Source: a virus (taxonomy: Duplodnaviria > Caudoviricetes). Taken from it: a stretch of 47,309 nt of DNA. The notes under the pieces were generated by a model, which was not told the DNA's origin, ran no database searches, and was given only the letters and a program-made list of their open reading frames with translations. Of this stretch, positions 24,602-34,446 are shown piece by piece. The stretch spans positions 1-47,309 of IMG/VR virus record IMGVR_UViG_3300002092_001330, one strand, 5' to 3'. Every line of letters starts with the position of its first letter. The stretch's first letter is position 1. Both the position numbers and the translations under genes were made by a program.

Positions 24602-27271
24602 ATGCCATTTGAATCAGAAGCCCAAAGAAAAGCTATGTATGCCTCTGCAAGTGGCAAGGGTAATATTGGCATCCCTAAAGAAGTGGCTAAAAAATTCATT
24701 AAACATTCAACTGATGAAATCCCAAAAGAACCTACAGTTTTATCAACTCCAGAATTTATAGAAGATGAAAGTTCAGATTTAACTGAAGCTAGACATCAAT
24801 TAGATTCTATTCAATATGAAATAAAAGCTATTGCTCAAAAAATCCTTGCTTACAAAGGTGATGGGTTAATGCAAAAAGTTCAAGAATTACATTCTAAAGA
24901 TAAAGAAATTGTTGCTAGATTAGGTCAATCAACTGAAGCAGTTCCCAGACATGAAGATGATTCTGAAGCATGGGAAACCAAAGAAGGCAAAAATAAAAAT
25001 GGTGGATTAAATGCTAAAGGTCGTGCTTCTTATAATAAAGAACATGGGGCACATTTAAAAGCACCCCAACCTGAAGGTGGATCAAGAAAAGCATCTTTTT
25101 GTGCCAGAATGAAAGGCATGAAAGAAAAGCTAACATCTTCTGCAACAGCCCATGATCCTGATTCAAGAATCAATAAATCTTTAAGAAAATGGAAATGTGA
25201 TAGTGATTCAATTAAAGAAGATATTGGTAAAATTTGTGATTCAATATTAGATTATGCACAATCTATTCCAGATGAAGATCCCTGTTGGCAAGGTTTTACT
25301 CAATATGGGATGAAAGAAAAAAATGGTAAACAAGTTCCAAATTGTGTACCTGATGATGGCAAAAAACAGATTAATGGCAATGTTGCTATTTATGATCGAC
25401 CAGATGCTTTAGTTCCTGAAAAACCACAAGTAGTTATGCCAATAGAAAAAGATGCTGGAAAATTTGGTAGATCATCAGGCATTTTATTCTTAACTTCTGA
25501 TAATCAAACTTTAATGATTCGCAGGGGTGATGGTGGGGATTACCCTTATACATGGTGTGTACCCGGTGGTCATCAAAATCCTGAAGATAAAGATTTAGAG
25601 GAATGTGCTCGTAGAGAATGTTTTGAAGAAACAGGAATTGATTACAAAGGCAAATTAGAAGTATTACACGATGATGGACAATTCTGTACCTATATTGCTA
25701 GAAATGTTAAAAAAGAAGATGTTACATTAAATTATGAATCTTCTGGATATGATTGGGCTGATATTCATTGTCCACCATTACCATTGCACCCCGGTCTTGA
25801 AATAGCATTAAAAGTTGCTTCTGCTAAAACAGAAATGGATATTGCAGAATTGATTAAATGCGACATCTTGTCAAGTCCACAAATGTATGCGAATATCGGA
25901 TTATTCGCAATTCGCATTACTGGAACAGGTTTAGCTTATAGATCTTCTATTAATGAATATGTATGGAGAGATTCATCTTTATATTTAAATGATGAGTTTT
26001 TAAAAAGATGTAATGGTTTGATGGTCATTATGGATCATCCTGAATCTGCTGTATTAACTCCAAAAGAGTTTAAAGATAGAGTAGTAGGAAGTATTATGTT
26101 GCCTTATATTAAAGGTGATGAGATTTGGGGAATTGCTAAAATTTACGATCAAGACGCAATTGATGAAATTTGCGAAGGTGAAATAAGCACATCCCCTTCA
26201 GTAGTATTTGACAATACTGCTGGAAACACTACACTAACAACTGAGAATGGTGATCCACTCTTAATTGAAGGTGTTCCATTTCTTTTAGATCATATAGCTA
26301 TTGTTACAAAAGCTAGAGGATCTAAGGGAGTATGGGATAAGGGTGGCGAAGCCACAGGAGTTTTATTAACTAACCCAGAGGTATCTGATATGACAGAAAA
26401 TAGAAATGATCCAAAGGCAGATGCCAATGGTGACAAACTTGATGCCATTTTATCGGCTCTCAGCAATCTTGCTGTACGAGTTGATGCGATGGAAAAAGAT
26501 TTACCAGCACCACCATTAGTGACTGCGGCTGATAAAAAAGCCAAACGCAAAGATGATGACGATGATGCAATGTGCGATGATGATGATGAAGAATCTGAAT
26601 CTGAAGCCAAAGAAATGATGGAAAGAAAAGCTGACAAAAAGCGTAAAGATGATGATGACGATTCTAAGCATCGTAAAGATGCGAAAAAACGCAAAGATGC
26701 TGAAGGATCTGATCCTAAAGAACATGGCAAAGCTGGTGAAATGAAGCCTGATGATGAAGGTGAAGTAGAACATCCGGGTCATATCAAGTTCAAAAAAGAT
26801 GATGATGAGGAAGAAGAAACCAAGATGGATGATGATGACGAAATGGCAATGAAAAAAGATGAAGAAGAAGCTAAGATGGCTGATGCACAAGCCAAAGCTG
26901 ATTCAGTTCTTTCAGCCTTTGGTAAATCAGCATCTCGCCCATTACAAGGTGAAGGTTTAATGTCTTATCGTAAAAGATTGTTAAGAGGTCTACAAGCCTA
27001 TTCTGATGCTTATAAAGATGTAAATCTTGTTAAGGAAATCAAGGGTGAAAAGATGCTTTCTATTGCTGAAAAGCAAATCTTTAATGATGCTTTAGTAGCC
27101 GCTAAATCGCCTACTATGTATGCTAATGATTCAGAGTATGAAATCCATGAAAGAGATAGATCAGGTCGTACTATCACTAAATTCAAAGGTGGTTTTGGAT
27201 GGCTTGATGCTTTCAAAGTTCCATCATTGAGAGCCAAGGAGTTCAACCTCAACCCTAACAACAAACGATAA
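24602..27271 (+). CDS. Multidomain head maturation protein: N-terminal modules + NUDIX + DUF2213-like protease + acidic scaffold
   Basis: Nudix box GGHQNPEDKDLEECARRECFEETG; VIMDHP...STSPS...DHIAIV...GVWDKGG; D/E/K-rich C-terminus; sits in the protease/scaffold slot before the capsid genes. Confidence 0.8.
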   Translation: MPFESEAQRKAMYASASGKGNIGIPKEVAKKFIKHSTDEIPKEPTVLSTPEFIEDESSDLTEARHQLDSIQYEIKAIAQKILAYKGDGLMQKVQELHSKDKEIVARLGQSTEAVPRHEDDSEAWETKEGKNKNGGLNAKGRASYNKEHGAHLKAPQPEGGSRKASFCARMKGMKEKLTSSATAHDPDSRINKSLRKWKCDSDSIKEDIGKICDSILDYAQSIPDEDPCWQGFTQYGMKEKNGKQVPNCVPDDGKKQINGNVAIYDRPDALVPEKPQVVMPIEKDAGKFGRSSGILFLTSDNQTLMIRRGDGGDYPYTWCVPGGHQNPEDKDLEECARRECFEETGIDYKGKLEVLHDDGQFCTYIARNVKKEDVTLNYESSGYDWADIHCPPLPLHPGLEIALKVASAKTEMDIAELIKCDILSSPQMYANIGLFAIRITGTGLAYRSSINEYVWRDSSLYLNDEFLKRCNGLMVIMDHPESAVLTPKEFKDRVVGSIMLPYIKGDEIWGIAKIYDQDAIDEICEGEISTSPSVVFDNTAGNTTLTTENGDPLLIEGVPFLLDHIAIVTKARGSKGVWDKGGEATGVLLTNPEVSDMTENRNDPKADANGDKLDAILSALSNLAVRVDAMEKDLPAPPLVTAADKKAKRKDDDDDAMCDDDDEESESEAKEMMERKADKKRKDDDDDSKHRKDAKKRKDAEGSDPKEHGKAGEMKPDDEGEVEHPGHIKFKKDDDEEEETKMDDDDEMAMKKDEEEAKMADAQAKADSVLSAFGKSASRPLQGEGLMSYRKRLLRGLQAYSDAYKDVNLVKEIKGEKMLSIAEKQIFNDALVAAKSPTMYANDSEYEIHERDRSGRTITKFKGGFGWLDAFKVPSLRAKEFNLNPNNKR

Positions 27272-27281
27272 GGATTAAATT

Positions 27282-27932
27282 ATGTCAGCACTTATTTCAT
27301 TAAATCCTATGCTAACAACCAATGCACAAGGTTTGTTTAATACAAACTCGCAAGGTTATACGCAAGGTGATGCACAAGACGATCCAGCAATTAAGTTTCA
27401 ATTAGCTGGTGGTGTTCTTTCAACATCTGCTTCTACTCCAATTTGGGGCGGTGTTCCAATTCAGGAATTTTCTGCTATTGGTCAATATGGAAAAGGCACT
27501 TTGTCTGGAAATGTTCAACCCGGTACTAATACACTAGGTTCTTCTGTTTCTCAAGCAACTGCTGGAAATGCTCCAACTGGTATTGCAGTTTATAACCAAG
27601 CATACGCTGGTATCACTACTCCACAGAGTAATGCACCTTTGTATAGCCCCGGTATGTCTGTTAATTTCTATCGTTTTGGTAGTGGAGCAAGGATTCCATT
27701 AGTTTTAGATCCATCTTCCATTGGCATTGATGGTGAAATTATTACTACAGTTGTATATTACAACTATACAAGTGGCTGGGTTACAACAAGTAATCCGGGT
27801 GCTGGTCAAGTAGCTTTCCCTGTAAAAGTGATTGCTGTTAGCACTAGTGGTAATAAAACGGTTTCCTATGATGGTATGACAAATACTGCCAATTGGATTT
27901 ATGATCAATATGTGGCTCTTTGCCTAATTTAA
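27282..27932 (+). CDS. Putative capsid decoration protein
   Basis: Beta-rich 216-aa protein between scaffold and MCP. Confidence 0.6.
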   Translation: MSALISLNPMLTTNAQGLFNTNSQGYTQGDAQDDPAIKFQLAGGVLSTSASTPIWGGVPIQEFSAIGQYGKGTLSGNVQPGTNTLGSSVSQATAGNAPTGIAVYNQAYAGITTPQSNAPLYSPGMSVNFYRFGSGARIPLVLDPSSIGIDGEIITTVVYYNYTSGWVTTSNPGAGQVAFPVKVIAVSTSGNKTVSYDGMTNTANWIYDQYVALCLI

Positions 27933-27947
27933 TAAAGGAACTTTACT

Positions 27948-28976
27948 ATGTCAGGCTTCGCACCCTCATTTGTAACAGCCAATCCGCACTATATGATGCC
28001 TGAACTGATTATGCAGTACAGTTTAGCTTCAGGTGCTTTTACAACCCTTGCAACAGAAAACCCAATGCCTAGACTTGGTGAAGCTGATTTGTATGTGTAC
28101 GCTAAAAAAGTACAACTTACAACTCAAGTTCAAGCTAACCAATCTCAGTTTAATCAGTTACCTTCTGCATCAGTTATTCCTAGCATGATTAGTACAGCAA
28201 CTTATCGCTTACAAACTCGTGCTCAGTATGATAACTTTGATGAAGCGGCTACTGGTGCTTGGGGTTATGCACTTCCACAAGCCATGAGATTAGCGGCTCG
28301 TCAAGGTATTGCACAACAATTGCGTAATGCTTTGTTATATGGTTACAATCCTAGCAATGGTGAAGGACTGTTAAATACTAATGGTATTACTACCTCTACT
28401 TTAGGTATGGATACTAATGGTAATACAGGCTATTCAACATGGGATTCTGGTCAATTAGCCCAGTATATGCTCAATATGATTGGTACTTTAAAGACTAATA
28501 CTTTGCAAATTGGACAACCTTTACGCTTAGTATTCTTAGCACCTCAACGCTTTATTAGTCAGATCAGTTACTCTGGTGTTGTTTCATTAACTCAGTTCCA
28601 AAGAATTGGTGCTGGTGTTGAAACTGCGGCTGGTTTAGTTGAAACTGTTGCTCAATGGGCTGGTGGTGATGATGTTAGTTTTGCGGCTGATGATACTCTC
28701 ATTGGTCAAGGTGCTGGTGGTACAGATGCAATTTTATTAATTGCTCCTGAACTCAAGATTCCTAAAGCAAACAATACAATCAATACCAACATTTTTGCAA
28801 CATTGACACCTAATCAAACAGCAACTTCATTGATGCTTACTGATGTGTCAGCACCAACAGAAATTCCAACACCGATTCCTGATGGTGGAATTACTACCTT
28901 GTATACAATGAGAAGCACTTCTGGTTGGGGATTACGACCAGAAGCACTTTATTTGTTGTCTGCGGCTTACGCTTAA
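27948..28976 (+). CDS. Major capsid protein
   Basis: 342 aa, synteny, ARQGIAQQLRNALLYG...GEGLLN, strong RBS, followed by a terminator. Confidence 0.85.
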   Translation: MSGFAPSFVTANPHYMMPELIMQYSLASGAFTTLATENPMPRLGEADLYVYAKKVQLTTQVQANQSQFNQLPSASVIPSMISTATYRLQTRAQYDNFDEAATGAWGYALPQAMRLAARQGIAQQLRNALLYGYNPSNGEGLLNTNGITTSTLGMDTNGNTGYSTWDSGQLAQYMLNMIGTLKTNTLQIGQPLRLVFLAPQRFISQISYSGVVSLTQFQRIGAGVETAAGLVETVAQWAGGDDVSFAADDTLIGQGAGGTDAILLIAPELKIPKANNTINTNIFATLTPNQTATSLMLTDVSAPTEIPTPIPDGGITTLYTMRSTSGWGLRPEALYLLSAAYA

Positions 28977-28996
28977 TTTATGTGAGAAGTAAATTA

Positions 28997-29025
28997 ACCC
29001 CACTCAAAAGGTGGGGTGTTTTTTT
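28997..29025 (+). terminator. Rho-independent terminator after MCP
   Basis: ACCCCAC-N7-GTGGGGT followed by G and T7. Confidence 0.85.
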
Positions 29026-29028
29026 AGA

Positions 29029-29120
29029 TTAAGATACTTGAGTGATGCCAAGTTTGTATTAATGGGTGGCAGGAAATCTGTAAAAAGATTTCGCATCATC
29101 TGTCACCCACCCTTATGGGA
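29029..29120 (+). ncRNA. Candidate structured RNA with loop-bulge kissing pseudoknot
   Basis: Hairpin loop AGTGATGC (29041-48) is complementary to bulge GCATCAT (29093-99) within a two-helix stem. Confidence 0.6.
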
Positions 29121-29127
29121 AAATAAA

Positions 29128-29631
29128 ATGAAACTTTATATCGCAAATTGCAGTAAACAAGATCATCAATTCACTTACATGATTATGGAAAACCCTAGAC
29201 CATTTATGGAAAGAATTAGGGCTGGTGCTCAAATTGTTATAGATAGACCACCTAATGAACTCGATCAAATTATTAATCAACATTCTCGTTATGGCTTAAT
29301 GGAAGCAACTAAAGTAAAAAAAGGCTTTGGTGGTATTGCTTACAGAATGGATAAACCCATTAGTGTTGAAGCTATTGAAAGTGGAATTGAACAAAGAGAT
29401 CAAGAAATGATTGATCGTGCTTTAGAAGCAAGAAAAATTACAGCAGTAGCATCAGATCAAATTTTATTGGATAAAGCTCAAGAAATGGGAATTAAACAAA
29501 AATCTGGTTTGGAAATAGAAGTTGTTGAAGAAAAGAAAAATCCTTCAGACAATGCTCCAAAATTTAATCAAACAATTGAAGTTGTACGAGAAGGTTTAAC
29601 TCCAAGAAGGGGTAGACCAAGAAAAACATGA
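29128..29631 (+). CDS. Hypothetical head-cluster protein
   Basis: Start moved to ATG 29128 (MKLYIANCSKQ); ends in an AT-hook-like RRGRPRK. Confidence 0.75.
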   Translation: MKLYIANCSKQDHQFTYMIMENPRPFMERIRAGAQIVIDRPPNELDQIINQHSRYGLMEATKVKKGFGGIAYRMDKPISVEAIESGIEQRDQEMIDRALEARKITAVASDQILLDKAQEMGIKQKSGLEIEVVEEKKNPSDNAPKFNQTIEVVREGLTPRRGRPRKT

Positions 29632-29662
29632 TTTTTAATTAATCTTTAGGTACAATTTAAAT

Positions 29663-30121
29663 ATGACTAGCCCCATTATATCTCCACCAACTTTAGAAGG
29701 CTTTATAGCTTGGTCACAGGCTGTAATGGGCTTAAATTCAATGGTTATTAATCCAACAGATGTTGGTTATACCTATGCTTTTGCTGTTGCTAAAGACATC
29801 GTACCTCAAGATTTTTTAACATTATCACCAGATATTTATACGCTGACTGTTTATAACTATGGTGGTAGTTTGCTTTTACAATGGCAACAAGATATTCGTG
29901 GTCAAACATTTTTTGCTGATGCTAGACAGGCTTATGGCATGAATAGCTTTGTTGCTGGTGTAATTAGTAGTGCATCAGATGTTAGCACTAGCGAAACTTT
30001 AGCAATAGGTCAAGGATTACAAAATCTTGATTTAATTAGTTTAGAAGCAGTTAAAAACCCTTATGGTAGACAAGCAATTGCTTATATGCAATCTATTGGA
30101 ACTCTTTGGGGTTTAACATGA
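29663..30121 (+). CDS. Putative head-tail adaptor
   Basis: Synteny; GVISSASD, NPYGRQAI. Confidence 0.6.
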   Translation: MTSPIISPPTLEGFIAWSQAVMGLNSMVINPTDVGYTYAFAVAKDIVPQDFLTLSPDIYTLTVYNYGGSLLLQWQQDIRGQTFFADARQAYGMNSFVAGVISSASDVSTSETLAIGQGLQNLDLISLEAVKNPYGRQAIAYMQSIGTLWGLT

Positions 30122-30570
30122 AATTATACCTTGGGGTTATTGATGTACCTGAACCTGAAGGTGGAACAACCTATGATGTAGGTAAAATTCTTGAAGAAAA
30201 ATATACTCTATTTTCTGCATTTGTTGATAATAAAACCAAAAATATTGCTGAACATTTAGCTGAAGGTTTAGAACAGGCTGTTGCTCAAATGGCTTTGGGT
30301 GTTCCTTATAAACATTCATTAAATGCTGGTGCATCTATGATTGAACAGGATCTAAAAGATTGGATTTCTTTACGACAAGTTGAAAATGTAGGAATAGCTG
30401 GTGTTCCAACGCAAGCGGCACTTGATGGAACTAGTTTAAGAACTAAAGGTGGGAAAACTGTAAGTAAGGTTAGAAAAGGTCAAAAATTCAGAAAAGTTAC
30501 TGGTGCTCGTAGACCATCTTTTATTTATTCTGGTGTTTTAGAAGCATCTTTAAAGGCATGGATTGAATAA
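30118..30570 (+). CDS. Putative neck/tail-completion protein
   Basis: Synteny; RPSFIYSGVLEASL; ATGA coupling. Confidence 0.55.
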   Translation: MKLYLGVIDVPEPEGGTTYDVGKILEEKYTLFSAFVDNKTKNIAEHLAEGLEQAVAQMALGVPYKHSLNAGASMIEQDLKDWISLRQVENVGIAGVPTQAALDGTSLRTKGGKTVSKVRKGQKFRKVTGARRPSFIYSGVLEASLKAWIE

Positions 30571-31577
30571 TGGCTACTGTTGGAGAAACCTCAACTGCAA
30601 AGCCACAATTAGCGGCTGGACTTACTGAAGGTATACAAACCCTTGCAAATAATGAATTAGTTACTTTTACGCTATATGTAAGGGTTGTATTGCCTTTAGA
30701 TGGCTATGTATATTGGGTTAATGCTCATCTATTAAATGATAGTGCTATCTATAATGTGGCAATCTTAAATGTAGCTGAATACAATGTTTTAGGCAATAAA
30801 ATACCACCTAAAACTATTACAGTTAATGGATCTTTTCACTATAGTGCAGAATTACATCAATTGGAAGAAAGAACTACAGCTTATAACCATGTAGTCTTTA
30901 CTTCACCTCAATTAATTCAGGATTTTAATTTAACCAATCCTCATTTGTTATATATAGCAACTTATGAACAAAATCAGTTTGCGTTTAGTAGACATGATAA
31001 TTATTTTAAACAAGCTGATTTATACCATTATCGTGGTGATGCTGTTTATTCCATCATGCAAACTCAGCTTATTAATACTTCTACTGATATTAATTATGAT
31101 GATTTAGTGGTTTCTAACAGTTTACCTATTTGGCTGACATTAAATGAGTATTTCCCAATGTATCCATCTTATTTAGTGCCACAAAATTTAAAACCACCAT
31201 TTGCATCTGTTGATATTGAACCAAGAGATACTACAGCTTTACAGGCTTTTCCTTTGTTAGACATTAATTCAACACCTAATCAATTGGTACACGATAAAGT
31301 TAAAATTACCATGTTTGGTATTAAAAATCATAATGCTTTAAATTTTGCTAATTATGTGTTCCAATATAGCATCAATACTGATAATATTGGTTTAATGAAT
31401 ATGCCAGTCATTCAGGATGAGCATCATACTCAACCTGAATTGGGTGTCATAGCCATGAAAAAGACAATTACTTTCGAAGTAAGTTATTACCAGACAACTG
31501 CTAATGATATAGCTAGAAAGATTATTGAAAGTGCATTTATTACGCTTACCCCAAGTAATACCCCAGAGTTAGTTTAG
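30570..31577 (+). CDS. Putative head-closure/tail-terminator protein
   Basis: Position before the sheath; function by synteny only. Confidence 0.5.
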   Translation: MATVGETSTAKPQLAAGLTEGIQTLANNELVTFTLYVRVVLPLDGYVYWVNAHLLNDSAIYNVAILNVAEYNVLGNKIPPKTITVNGSFHYSAELHQLEERTTAYNHVVFTSPQLIQDFNLTNPHLLYIATYEQNQFAFSRHDNYFKQADLYHYRGDAVYSIMQTQLINTSTDINYDDLVVSNSLPIWLTLNEYFPMYPSYLVPQNLKPPFASVDIEPRDTTALQAFPLLDINSTPNQLVHDKVKITMFGIKNHNALNFANYVFQYSINTDNIGLMNMPVIQDEHHTQPELGVIAMKKTITFEVSYYQTTANDIARKIIESAFITLTPSNTPELV

Positions 31578-31607
31578 TGTTCAACAGTTTATATAAGGAG
31601 TTACAAA

Positions 31608-31934
31608 ATGGCAATTCAATCAAATCCAATTAATCAAAATGGTGCTTTAATCACAGGTGGTGGTACACATACATTTTTAAATATCACAACTGCAACTGTC
31701 GTTAAGACAACTGCTGGTCGTGTAGCTACAGTATGCGTTATTGAGCCATCTAATGCTGGTAATCAATATGCGGCTGTTGCTGATCATGCAAGCACTTCAG
31801 GAATTAGCAATGCAAATTTAATTACAGTTATCCCTGATGTTAGAGGAACTTACCAAGTCAATATGCCAACTTCCAATGGGATTGTTTTAGTCCCCGGTGG
31901 TGCTGGTCAAGTTTTAACTATTAGCTTTCTATAA
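31608..31934 (+). CDS. Small beta-rich virion protein
   Basis: Strong TAAGGAG RBS; late-gene context. Confidence 0.55.
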   Translation: MAIQSNPINQNGALITGGGTHTFLNITTATVVKTTAGRVATVCVIEPSNAGNQYAAVADHASTSGISNANLITVIPDVRGTYQVNMPTSNGIVLVPGGAGQVLTISFL

Positions 31935-31947
31935 TTAAGGGGGCATC

Positions 31948-33249
31948 ATGCCAAATATTGTCAATGTAGTTGTAACCCAACAGGTTGCAAGTGCACCTTC
32001 TACTCTGCAAAGAACAGGTGCATTTATATCGCAGGGTGGTACAACATTATCACCCAATACTTATCAACTTATTACTAGGGTGGCAGATTTATTAGCCATT
32101 CTTACACCATCAGTTTCTATTACATCTTTAGCATGGTCTACAGGAGAAGTTATAGTAACAACTACAACTCCTCATGGTATTCCATCTGGAGATACTGTAA
32201 CTGTTGTTATTGCTGGTGCTAGTCCTACTGGATACAATGGATCATTCCAAGGTACATCAACAGGTACAAGCACTTTAACTTATCCTTTAGCAACAGATCC
32301 CGGTTCTGAAACAGTAGCAGGAACTTTAGAAATAGGTTCTGCAACAGAATTAGTAGCAATGGCAACAACTTTCTTTGCTCAAAGTGCAAATTTAGGTGTT
32401 TATGTTTTGGAATTAGGTGTAGGTACAGTAGATCAAGGTGTAACAGATTTAACCACTTACATTGAAGAACAAACAACTCAAAAATTCTATAGTTATTTAG
32501 TTCCTACAGAGTGGGATGGTAATGCAAGTGCTGTTACTTTGTATATGCAATATGAAGGAACTACTGCACAAACTTATTTTTATGTTAGTACAACTTTAGC
32601 TAATTACAGTTCTTATGAAAATATGAAATCTGTATTTGCAGTATTGCCAAGTCCATTAGCACCAAGTTTAGAATTTAGTACAGCCGCATTTTTCCATGCA
32701 ACATTAAATTATGATCCGGGTCCGGCTAATCTAGCATCACCATTAGAATACACTTATTTGTATGCAGTAACTCCTTATAGTGCTTTAACCAATACTCAGC
32801 AAACTGAATTATTGGCGATTGGTGCTAATTGGGTAGGAACTGGTGCTCAAGGTGGAATTAGTAATACCTTAATTGAAGGTGGTAGTTTTATGGATAAAAA
32901 TCCATTCAATTATTGGTATTGTGTGGATTGGTTATCTATTAATATTACCCTTGCGTTATCTGCGGCAATTATTAATGGCTCTAATACACCTACTAATCCT
33001 TTGTACTATAACCAAAATGGTATTAATAGTTTACAAAAAGTAGCCCAAGCAACAGTTAATAATGGTATTGCTTTTGGATTAATTCTTTCTCCAGCATCAG
33101 TCAATGCTGTGCCATTTATAACTTATGTAAATGAGCATCCCGGTGATTATGCTATTGGTGTTTACAATGGTTTAAGTTGCACCTTTGTACCATTGAGAGG
33201 ATTTAGTTCCATTACTATTTACTTAACAGCATCTAACATTCCAGTTTAA
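31948..33249 (+). CDS. Tail sheath protein (DUF3383-like) with inserted beta domain
   Basis: NIVNVVVTQ, AMATTFFAQ, NYWYCVDWL, PLYYNQNGINSL. Confidence 0.8.
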   Translation: MPNIVNVVVTQQVASAPSTLQRTGAFISQGGTTLSPNTYQLITRVADLLAILTPSVSITSLAWSTGEVIVTTTTPHGIPSGDTVTVVIAGASPTGYNGSFQGTSTGTSTLTYPLATDPGSETVAGTLEIGSATELVAMATTFFAQSANLGVYVLELGVGTVDQGVTDLTTYIEEQTTQKFYSYLVPTEWDGNASAVTLYMQYEGTTAQTYFYVSTTLANYSSYENMKSVFAVLPSPLAPSLEFSTAAFFHATLNYDPGPANLASPLEYTYLYAVTPYSALTNTQQTELLAIGANWVGTGAQGGISNTLIEGGSFMDKNPFNYWYCVDWLSINITLALSAAIINGSNTPTNPLYYNQNGINSLQKVAQATVNNGIAFGLILSPASVNAVPFITYVNEHPGDYAIGVYNGLSCTFVPLRGFSSITIYLTASNIPV

Positions 33250-33261
33250 GGAGAATAAATA

Positions 33262-33708
33262 ATGGCAAATAATCCACAAATCGTACAAGGTACATTAAAT
33301 CGGCTACTAGCTAGTGTTGTATATGCTGATTTTGCAAGTTTAAATGTAACATCTTCTTATTTAGCAAAAGAAGCCATTAGTTTAGGTTTTGATGGCGATA
33401 CATCTTTGTTAATAGGCACTTTAACAGGGGCAGTAACAAGCCCAGAACCATATATGTTTGGTAATGTGACTATGCACTTATTAAGAACTCAGGCTCTTGG
33501 TAATGCTTATAAAACACAAATTGAAACTGCTACCACTTTGGGATCAGTAACAATATTTCCAGACAGTACAGCATTATCACCATTTCAATTGAACAATTGT
33601 GTGTTATCTAGTATTCAAGAAGTAGCTTTTGATGGCACACAAGCTGGTTTAATCGTTCGTTTGCGTGGTGTCTACTCTATCAACTCATCATTATTTGCGG
33701 CATCTTAA
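33262..33708 (+). CDS. Tail tube protein
   Basis: 148 aa directly after the sheath. Confidence 0.75.
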   Translation: MANNPQIVQGTLNRLLASVVYADFASLNVTSSYLAKEAISLGFDGDTSLLIGTLTGAVTSPEPYMFGNVTMHLLRTQALGNAYKTQIETATTLGSVTIFPDSTALSPFQLNNCVLSSIQEVAFDGTQAGLIVRLRGVYSINSSLFAAS

Positions 33709-33721
33709 TTAAAGGAAAAAA

Positions 33722-34309
33722 GTGAAAATCGAAAGAAATTTGAATTTAGTGATGCAAGTTCAAACTGTTAATAGTGGAATGATTCATGTACATTCAACAT
33801 CTATTGGCAGATCGGTATTTGAACAATTTTATTTAGAATTAGGAAAAGTATTTAGTCAATGTTTTGATTCAAATAACAAAGCTGAACATTTAGCCTTATC
33901 TGCACCACAACTGGCTTATCCAGCGTTAAAGTCAATATCAACACAAGCTGGTAATTGGGATGGTGTAGGTGGGGTTAAAGCTGGCTTAATTAATGAAATT
34001 ATTCGATTAACCAATGTTTTGATTGCTGGTGAAAATGGTTGGGAAGCTGTTCCTTTAGATACTGCTATCAAAAGAGAAATGATTGATGAAGATGATGAAG
34101 CAGAAATAATAAGTGCATTAGTTTTTTTTACAGCAATCTCCAAGGTTGCACCCAAGGATCTAAAAAATTCTTTCTTGGAGATGGCCGGGTCATTAAGAGG
34201 GTGGGTTCTTACATCCTCGGATATTACGGAATACCAGAATGGTTTGCCGATATTGACCAAAAAAGAATCTACTGGAAAGAAAACGAAGGAATTATTGCTT
34301 ACATCTTAG
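33722..34309 (+). CDS. Tail assembly chaperone
   Basis: Between tube and tape measure; overlapped by a -1 frame ORF. Confidence 0.65.
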   Translation: MKIERNLNLVMQVQTVNSGMIHVHSTSIGRSVFEQFYLELGKVFSQCFDSNNKAEHLALSAPQLAYPALKSISTQAGNWDGVGGVKAGLINEIIRLTNVLIAGENGWEAVPLDTAIKREMIDEDDEAEIISALVFFTAISKVAPKDLKNSFLEMAGSLRGWVLTSSDITEYQNGLPILTKKESTGKKTKELLLTS

Positions 34310-34431
34310 ATTACATTAGTAGTATAGGATTTAAAGCATTTATGGAAGAAATTGGCAGTAAATGGGATGATGCTGAAGAATACAGAAATAGATATTTAAT
34401 TAGAGCTATTAATAATAAATCACTTTTTTAA
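34201..34431 (+). CDS. Probable -1 frameshift extension of the tail chaperone
   Basis: Overlaps the upstream ORF by 109 nt in the -1 frame and fills the gap to the TMP. Confidence 0.5.
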   Translation: MGSYILGYYGIPEWFADIDQKRIYWKENEGIIAYILDYISSIGFKAFMEEIGSKWDDAEEYRNRYLIRAINNKSLF

Positions 34432-34446
34432 CCAATAGAGAAAAAA

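Noticed and set aside
26290-27264. Antisense ORFs within the scaffold region, and similar ones inside pol, primase, terL and portal
   Set aside because: They are shadows of long sense genes, with no RBS or recognisable motifs.
29029-29120. Hammerhead ribozyme or tRNA
   Set aside because: Lacks the CUGANGA core and the cloverleaf/T-loop signatures.
29011-29127. N-terminal extension of the 206-aa ORF
   Set aside because: It starts inside the terminator stem and crosses the structured RNA; ATG 29128 has the RBS.
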